From: Octopus sinensis
Taxonomy: Eukaryota
Direction: 5' to 3'
DNA: 64,000 nucleotides
Assembly (NCBI RefSeq): GCF_006345805.1
Contig: NC_043023.1
Coordinates: 7,006,001-7,070,000 of the forward strand
The translations under genes and the position numbers were made by a program. Of the stretch, positions 56,140 to 64,000 are shown one piece after another (position 1 is the stretch's first letter; each line of letters opens with the position of its first letter). The notes under the pieces were generated by a model that did no database searches, was not told the origin of the DNA, and saw only the letters and a program-made list of their open reading frames with translations.

Positions 56140-56800
56140 CAGCAAGCCAAGTGAGACCATAACCTCGTGGCCTATGCCAAAGGTGTAACCAGCCCGCTTA
56201 TGCATACCTTTTCCTTCTATGGACACTAAACTCTGCTTGTGAAGACCTGTTGAGGCAAGTGAAATCAAAATCAAAATCAAAGTAAAATTCAATGACGGCC
56301 ACAAGCACCATACGAGCGTGATCGTTGACAGAGCGGCTAACCGGCTTCCGTGCCAGTGGCACATAAAAGGCACCATTCAAGTGTGATCGTTACCAGCTTC
56401 ACCTTACTGGCACTTGTAGGGTGCTAGAAGGTGCTAAGAGCACCATCCAAGTGTGATCGTTGCTAGAACGGCTAACTGGCTTCCGTGCTGGTGGCATGTA
56501 AGAGGTTCCATTCGAGCGGGATTGTTACTAGCATCACCTAACTGGCACCTGTGCCGTTGGCATGTGTAAAAAAATTTGAGTGAGGTCATTACCAGTACCA
56601 CCTGACTGGCTCCTGTGCCAGTGGTACGTAAAAGCACCCACTACACTCATGGAGTGGTTGGCGTTAGGAAGGGCGTCCAGCTGTAGAAACTCTGGCAGAT
56701 CAAGACTGGAGCCTGGTGTAGCCATCTGATTTGCCAGTCCTCAGTCAAACCATCCAACCCATGCTAGCATGGAAAGCGGACGTTAAACGATGATGATGAT
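56140..56800 (+). mobile_element. (GAT)n-tailed SINE, longest copy (about 660 bp)
   Basis: 5' segment, about 6 internal tandem units, tail; reverse fragments at 57895-58450. Confidence 0.8.
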
Positions 56801-57069
56801 ATATAACTATATATTATATATACACAGGTATGGTGATGCAAGCAGGTAAAATAGAACTCAAAATCAGAGTATATGTATATTTTTATTAATGTTTAGTCGA
56901 AGCAACAGAGTGACTCAAGGTCTGAGAGTTTCGTGCGTTGGCACTCACATATATATAGAAAGTAAATATTTATCCTCATTAGCATCATAATCATCACCAT
57001 TATCATCATTTTAATGTGCAGTGTTGTTGTGCTGGTGTTAGAGGTGCAGTAGTGTTTGGCAGTACAGCA

Positions 57070-57625
57070 TTGCTATGGTGGTGGTGGTGGTCGTGGTGGG
57101 GTGGTTATTGATCTGGTGGATTCAGGTCAGATTTGAGAGGATTAGCGAGGTTATTGTTAGTTTCTGGTTAATCTCTGATATGTATGTGTGTGTGTGTGTA
57201 TGGGTGGTAGTGTTTAGGGTAGTGGTGGTGGTGATGGTATGAGGTTTTGGAGGGGTATGTGTGTTGTATGGGGTGGTGGGGAGTGGTTTGGAAATGCTGA
57301 CAGTAGTGGCAATAGTTTTGGTGGTGGAGATGGTGGTTGTGATGGTGGGGTGGTGATGATGATGATGGTGGTTGTGGTGACGGAGATGATGGTTATGGTG
57401 GTGTTGGTTATGGTGGGGATGATGGTGGTGATGGTGATGGTGGCAGTTGTGGTGGTGCAGATGATGGTGGTGATGACGGTGATGGTGGTGTTGGTTATGG
57501 TGATGATGATGGTGGCGGTTGTGGTGGTGGGGATGATGGTGGTGATGGTGATGATGATGGTGGTGGTTGTAGTGGTTATGGTTATAGTGGTGTACGTAGT
57601 GATTGTAATGGTTGTGGTGATGCAC
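57070..57625. repeat. Degenerate (GGT/GAT)n trinucleotide tract; similar tracts at 41250-41540, 45340-45790 and 60690-61125
   Basis: Direct reading. Confidence 0.9.
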
Positions 57626-59202
57626 ATATAACCAATGACAACACAAGCTAAATTGTCCTTACAATTATTTTTTAAATTTATTTATGCGCCCTTTCCAAGC
57701 CTAGCCAGGCTCATGGACCCGGTTTCTATGGCGCATGTGTTCCCCACCAGCTGGACAGGACGCCAATTCATCGTAGCATTACCCAAGAAACAGGAAGAAA
57801 GAATGAGAGAAAGTTGGGGCGAAAGAGTACAACAGGGGTCGTCACCACCCCTTGCTGGAGCCTCATAGAGCTTTTAGGTGTTTTCACTCAATAAACCGGC
57901 ATGGAAGCCAGTTAGCCGCTCTGGCAATAATCATGCTCAGATGGTGCTCTTAGTGCTCCACTAGAACGGATGCCAGTCATCGAATTTGATTTCAATTTCA
58001 CTTGCCTCAACAGGTTTTCACAAGCAGAGTTTAGTGTCCAACGAAGGAAAAGGTATGCATAAGTGGGCTGGTTACGCCCCTGGCATAGGCCACGAGGTTA
58101 GGGTCTCACTTTATATCATCATCATCATCAGTTTATACCATCATCATCATCATCATTTAACGTCTGTTTTCCATGCTAGCATGGGTTGGATGGTTCGATC
58201 GGAGTATGGGAAGCCTGGAGGCTGCACCAGGCTCCAGTCTGATCTGGCAGTGTTTCTACAGCTGGATGCCCTTCCTAATGCCAACCACTCCATGAGTGTA
58301 GTGGGTGCTTTTTATGTGCCACTGGCATGGAAGCTATTCAGGCGGCACTGGCAACAACCACACTCAAATGTTGCTTTTTACATGCCACCAGCATGGGAGC
58401 CAGTCAGGTGGCACTGGCAACAACCATGCTTGAATGGTGCTTTTTATGTGCTGTCTATATATATATAAATATATATGCATACACATATTTATATCTATTA
58501 CTCTTAAACAAAAATATTTTTGACAGTGACCTTGAAGTTTTGGCCACCTCCCAACCCACAGATAAAACCTAATTAACACTCCACTCAACCCCATCCACCC
58601 AAGGAAGATTTTAACTCCACGGAGACCATATAAAGCCAAGATTAACATCTGCAGTCTGACGAGGGGGCTTAACTAACAGCAACATTGAATTCATTGTTAA
58701 TAATATCATCCTTGTTTAAGAAAAATAAATCTGTACTCATCGAAAGTATGGAGTAACCCATCAGATAGATGTAAAATTGTGTTTATTATAACTGAACATA
58801 AAGACAAACATCAATAATATATATATATATATCATCATCATCATCGTTTAACTTCCGCTTTCTGTCAGTTCACAGTTCAATATTGGGACCCCATTGGTTA
58901 TGAGGACAAGGGTTCCAGTTGATAAAATCAACAGCACAGCCTGCTTGTGAAATTAAATGCAAGTGGCTGAGCACTCCACAGACATGTGTACCCTTAAGGT
59001 AGTTCACAGGGAGATTCAGCAAGGCACAGAGTGTGACAATGCTGGCCCTTTTGAAATACAGTTACAACTCATTTTTACCAGCTGAGTGGAGCAATGTGAA
59101 GTAAAGTGTCTTGCTCAAGGACACACAAAAGCTACCACTGTATCGGTTATAAAGATGACGGTTCCAGTTGATTTGATCAACAGAACAGTCTGCTTGTGAA
59201 AT

Positions 59203-59800
59203 TTAATTTAATTTAATTTAATTTAATTTTTTGGCTCAAAAAGCAAAAGCAAGGCCATGTAGGGGGACATGGAGTTATGTACAGGGTGATGTTCATGCAA
59301 AGAGTTCAGGCCATTTCTGGTCAAGAGAGACTTTGAACCGAGCGGTTGTTGGCATCTTCACTATCTCGTCTGGCAGCTTATTCCACGGATCCACAACCCG
59401 GACAGAGAAAGCCCCTCTCCTTCGATTGAGATGAAATCGTCATAGATAGAGCTTTTCGAAGTGACCCCGCAGCCGATGCTCTGGAGCAGGAGTGAAGAAC
59501 AGCTCTTTCGAGAGGTTACACTTTCCGCTTATGATGTTGTGAGTGAGAATGAGATCACCACGGCGTCATCGTTTTTCTAGAGAATAAAGGTCGAGCGTCT
59601 TCAGCCTTTCTTCATAAGGCAATTGCTTGAGACCAAGAACCATGCGAGTAGCCAGCTTCTGGACACTTTCGAGATGATGTATGTCTTTGAGGAGATAAGG
59701 AGAAGAGGCTTGAATCCCGTACTCCAATATGGGTCTCACCAGTGTGACATAGAGCAGTAGGAATATGGCTGCTGTGAGCATTCCGAATGACCGTCGAATC
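59203..59800 (-). mobile_element. 5'-truncated CR1-clade LINE 3' end
   Basis: LYVTLVRPILEYG..SP..KDI..LESVQKLATR..L..YEERLK.LDLYSLEKR*RRRGDLI..RGH..KL..FSVRVVDPWNKLP; (TAAAT)n tail at about 59203-59228. Confidence 0.9.
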
Positions 59801-61239
59801 AAAAGTGTGCAAGTGGCTGAGTATTCCACAGACATACATAATCTTATATGTTACGTATTTCTCAGTGAGATCCAGTTTATCTGATCAACAGAACAGCCTG
59901 GTTGTGAAATTAATTTGCAAGTGGCTGAGCACTCCACAGACCCATGGACCCTGAACTTAGTTCTCAGGGAGATTCAGTGTGACACAAGATGTGACAAGGC
60001 TGGTCCTTTGAAATACAATTTATTTTTGCCAGCTGAGTGGACTGGAGCAACATGGAATAAAGTGTCTTGCTCAAGGACACAATGGGAATTGAACCCATGA
60101 CCTTATAATCATGTGCTAAATACTCTAATCCCAAAGCCACATGTGTTCACTGTTCAATATTACCTTCCTTGGAAACATGTGAAGGTTGGCAACTGGAAGA
60201 GTATCTGGTCTGTAAACCATCAACCTCATTAAATTCCATCTAAAAGAGTAGATCTAGAAACAGGGGCATTTTAGCTATTGTCTTCCTGTCTTTGCTTACA
60301 GGCATTGTGTATGTAGGACTACATAATCCAATGTGTCGTTTTTTTTTTTTTTTTTTGTAAGTTTGCATTGGGTGATTTCAGAAAGATTTGCCTGCCATTT
60401 CTTATTTCTTTACTACCCACAAGAGGCTAAACACAGAGGGAACAAACAAGGACAGACAAACGGATTAAGTCGATTATATCAACCGCAGTGTGTAACTGGT
60501 ACTTTTTTAATCGAGCCCGAAAGGATGAAAGGCAAAGTCGACCTCAGTGGAATTTGAACTCAGAACGTAACAGCAGACAAAATACTGCTAAGCATTTCAC
60601 CCAGCATGCTAACGTTTCTGCCAGCTCGCCACCTTTTGGCTGCCATTTCTACCTTGTTGAATGACTATGTTGAGTTTTCCTTATAGCTAGAGCTGGTGTT
60701 GGTGGTGGTGGTGGTGTAGGTGGTGATGGTGGTGGTGATAATAGTGTTGAATGTGGTGATAGTAGTGTTGAATGTGGTGGTGGTGGTGGTGGTAGTGGTG
60801 GTGGTTCTCTGGGTGTAGGTGGTGACGGTGGTGGTGATAGTAGTGTTGATTGTGGTGGTGTAAGTTGTGATGATGACGATGGTGGTAGTGGTGGTTGTGG
60901 TGGTGGCAGTAGTGGTGGTGGATACAGTGATGGCAATGGATGTGGTGGTAATACTGAATGTGACCGTTGTGATGGTGGTGATAATCGTTGTGGTGCCAAA
61001 ACCACCACCACCACCACCACCTCAACCATCTTCACCAGCACCACCACCACCACCACCTCAACCATCTTCACCAGCACCACCACCACCTCAACCATCTTCA
61101 CCAGCACCACCACCACCACCATAACTACAACAGCCTTATCAGCTACAGACCTAAACTCGTCCACATCTATTAATACATATTTTAGGATGGCCTCCAGCAA
61201 TATCTGGGTACCTTCCATGGGTATATACACACTTACGTA

Positions 61240-61433
61240 CACACGTGCAGATGTGAGTGTATGTGTATATGCATGTACACACACACAAACTCTACACACA
61301 TATGTATATATATATATAAAGGTATGCACAAATATATCAAAATGCTCTACGACCTATTTAATACACTCATTTATAAATATATACATATACATATATGTGT
61401 GCGCATGTATATATATATATGTGTGTATATATG

Positions 61434-61496
<63 letters not shown>

Positions 61497-61687
61497 CACA
61501 CATGAATACATACACACACACATACACATACATTTACATATATATGTGTGTGCATGTATTTTTACATATATACATACACACACGCACACACATACATACA
61601 TATACATATATGTGTGTGCATGCATATATATATATACATACATAAATATACACACACTTACATATACATATAATATATGTGTGTGCA

Positions 61688-61730
<43 letters not shown>

Positions 61731-61836
61731 ATATATATATACATACACACACGTACCTACATACATACATATACACATATATGGTGTGTGCGTGTATATA
61801 TATATACATACATATACATATATATATGTGTGTGCA

Positions 61837-61877
<41 letters not shown>

Positions 61878-62208
61878 ATATATATATAAATACACACACG
61901 TACCTACATACATACATATACACATATATGTGTGTGCGTGTATATATATATACATACATATACATATATATAGGTGTATGCATGTATATATATACATGCA
62001 TACATACATACATACACATACACACACATAAAGTTTGAATCTTGTCTATATGTCTGCCAGTATGCACACACACACACACACACACACGGACACACGGACA
62101 CACGGACACATAAATATGCATTGGTGCACTTATAAACATCTAAAATTGATCCGGTAAAGCGGATTATTTCCCCATAATTGATACATAATTAGTATATATA
62201 TAATTAGC

Positions 62209-62240
<32 letters not shown>
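61240..62240. repeat. Degenerate (TA)/(CA) microsatellite with an internal duplication of about 145-160 bp
   Basis: gtgtgcatgc(at)n..ccatatatat..cacacacgtacctacatac repeated at about 61680-61820 and 61830-61960. Confidence 0.9.
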
Positions 62241-62246
<6 letters not shown>

Positions 62247-62598
62247 TATACATAGGCACAGGAGTGGCTGTGTGGTAAGTAGCTTGCTTACCAACCATAT
62301 AGTTCTGGGTTCAGTCCCACTGCGTGACACCTTGGGTAAGTGTCTTCTACTATAGCCTCGGGCCGACCAAAGCCTTGTGAGTGGATTTGGTAGACGGAAA
62401 CTGTAAAGAAGCCTGTCGTATATATGTATATATATAGGCATAGGAGTGGCTGTGTGGTAAGTAGCTTGCTTACCAACCTCATGGTTCTTGGTTCAGTCCC
62501 ACTGCGTACTACCTTGGGCAAGTGTCTTCTACTATAGCCTTGGGCCGACCAAAGCCTTGTGAGTGGATTTAGTAGATGGAAACTGAAAGAAGCCCATC

Positions 62599-62651
<53 letters not shown>

Positions 62652-63615
62652 CGTGACCAACCAGGCTATCAGATGTTGATGCACATCGCTGGTCACAATG
62701 CGCTTCGCATTGTTTTAGCTTCCAAATAACACCACTCCACTGGCTGAGCGAGCAGGCCAACAGAAGAAAGGGTGAGAGAAAGTTGTGGCGAAAGGGTACA
62801 GCAGGAATAACCACCACCCACTGCTGGAGCCTCGTGGAGCTTTAGGTGTTTTTGCTCAATAGACACTCACAACGCCCAGTCTGAGAATCGAAATCGCAAT
62901 CCTACAACCGTGAATCCACTGCCCTAACCACTGGGCCATTGCGCTTCCCTATTATCACATACATATATGCATATATATATATGTGTGTGTGAGTGTCTGT
63001 GTTTGTTCCCCCAACATTACTTGACAACCGATGCTGGTGTGTTTACGTCCCCGTAACTTAGGGGTTCGGCAAAAGAGACTGATAGAATGAGTACTAGGCT
63101 TAGAAAAAATAAGTCCTGGGGTCAATTTGCTCGACTAAAGGCGGTGCTCCAGCATGGTCACAGTCAAATGACTGAAACAAGTAAAAGAATAAAAGAATAT
63201 ATATATTCTTTTATCCTTTTACATGTTTTAGTCAGTAGGCTGTGGCCATGCTGGAGCACCACATTTAAAGGTTTTAATCAAACAAATCGATTAAAGAGGT
63301 CAATCCCATGGAACCTTTTATTGAACTGCTAAGTCATGGGGACGTAAACAAACCAACAGTGTTTGTCAAGCAGTATGGTGGAACAAACACACACATACAT
63401 AAACATACATACATATGTAATTACTCACAAGCTGTTGGTGATTTCTTCTTTGGACTTTTCCTTTCTCCTTCCTGACAAAGAGCTGTGCTCAAAATGTCAA
63501 AGTCTCTATTTTCACTGAGCATCAAACAAATACATTTCTTGTGTACATCCTCTTGTTGTCTGTTAATTTTAGTCATTTATTTGAATTAATTGTTTATTTG
63601 AATTGACTATATATA

Positions 63616-64000
63616 TTAGGTCATCCCGTAAATAATGCGGTTTTTTCAGTTGCATGAAATAAAAATCAGAGAGAGACAGGATGAACTACCTACATCAACT
63701 TGCCATAAAAGCAGGTAGTAATTTTACCTTGTACTTATTCTTAGTGCAAGTTTTGGAGAGTGCAGTTCGATTTTAACAGTTATTTTTTCAAAGCTATAAT
63801 GGAAGTAACAAAGGAGCATATTTGGCATATTTTGCTTTATGAATTCAATAAAGGCAACAACACAATGGAAAATGTGAGGAATACTAATGCAGTATAAGGG
63901 GATTGGATGATAAGTGTAAGCCAGTGTCAACAGTGGTTCCAGAAATTCTGAGCCCGAAACTACAGCCAAGAAAATGAGTCTCATCCTGGAAGATCTGTAG
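63616..64000 (+). mobile_element. Mariner element 5' end (TIR plus decayed transposase N-terminus), runs off window
   Basis: TA|ttaggtcatcccgtaaataatgcggtttt TIR resembles Hsmar1-type termini; ATG at 63799 gives MEVTKEHIWHILLYEFNKGNN..*..QCQQWFQKF*..GRSV. Confidence 0.88.

Noticed and set aside
56140-56200. Possible HDV-like ribozyme at the SINE 5' end (CCTCGTGG motif)
   Set aside because: P1 and P1.1 could not be fitted; the sequence is explained as a simple stem-loop.
56927-56950. Hammerhead-like half motif TGAG-TGC-CAAC-GCAC-GAAAC on the minus strand
   Set aside because: The CTGA core is replaced by TA repeat and no stem I or III could be built.
57122-57646. His-, Thr-, Val- or Pro-rich ORFs (also 41252-41568, 45280-45960, 60649-61173)
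   Set aside because: Trinucleotide low-complexity tracts open in several frames, without splice or domain support.
47600-64000. A second host gene downstream of XPO6
   Set aside because: No exon-like segment with recognisable protein similarity apart from CR1 and mariner remnants; small exons could have been missed.

Overview
Animal genomic DNA, most likely a coleoid cephalopod such as Octopus (inferred from the extreme SINE and (TA)n/(TAA)n microsatellite load; not verified by search). One protein-coding gene is supported: the 3' part of exportin-6 (XPO6) on the + strand. It has 17 coding exons from position 1 to the stop at 47599, about 755 aa, with GT-AG introns in consistent phase. The rest is intronic or downstream repeat DNA. 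The main observation is an 11.3 kb intronic array (14480-25824) of 28 head-to-tail non-autonomous Helitron units with exact CTAG|TC junctions. It inserted 18 nt upstream of an XPO6 splice acceptor and shows retained edge variants and incipient higher-order structure. Also present: a nest of (TAA)n-associated elements including a duplicated R4/Dong-like restriction-like-endonuclease retrotransposon 3' end, a candidate degenerate minimal hammerhead ribozyme near a perfect 160-bp palindrome, mariner, hAT, piggyBac-like and CR1 remnants, and several SINE families. All coordinates were read by eye; repeat boundaries are approximate.
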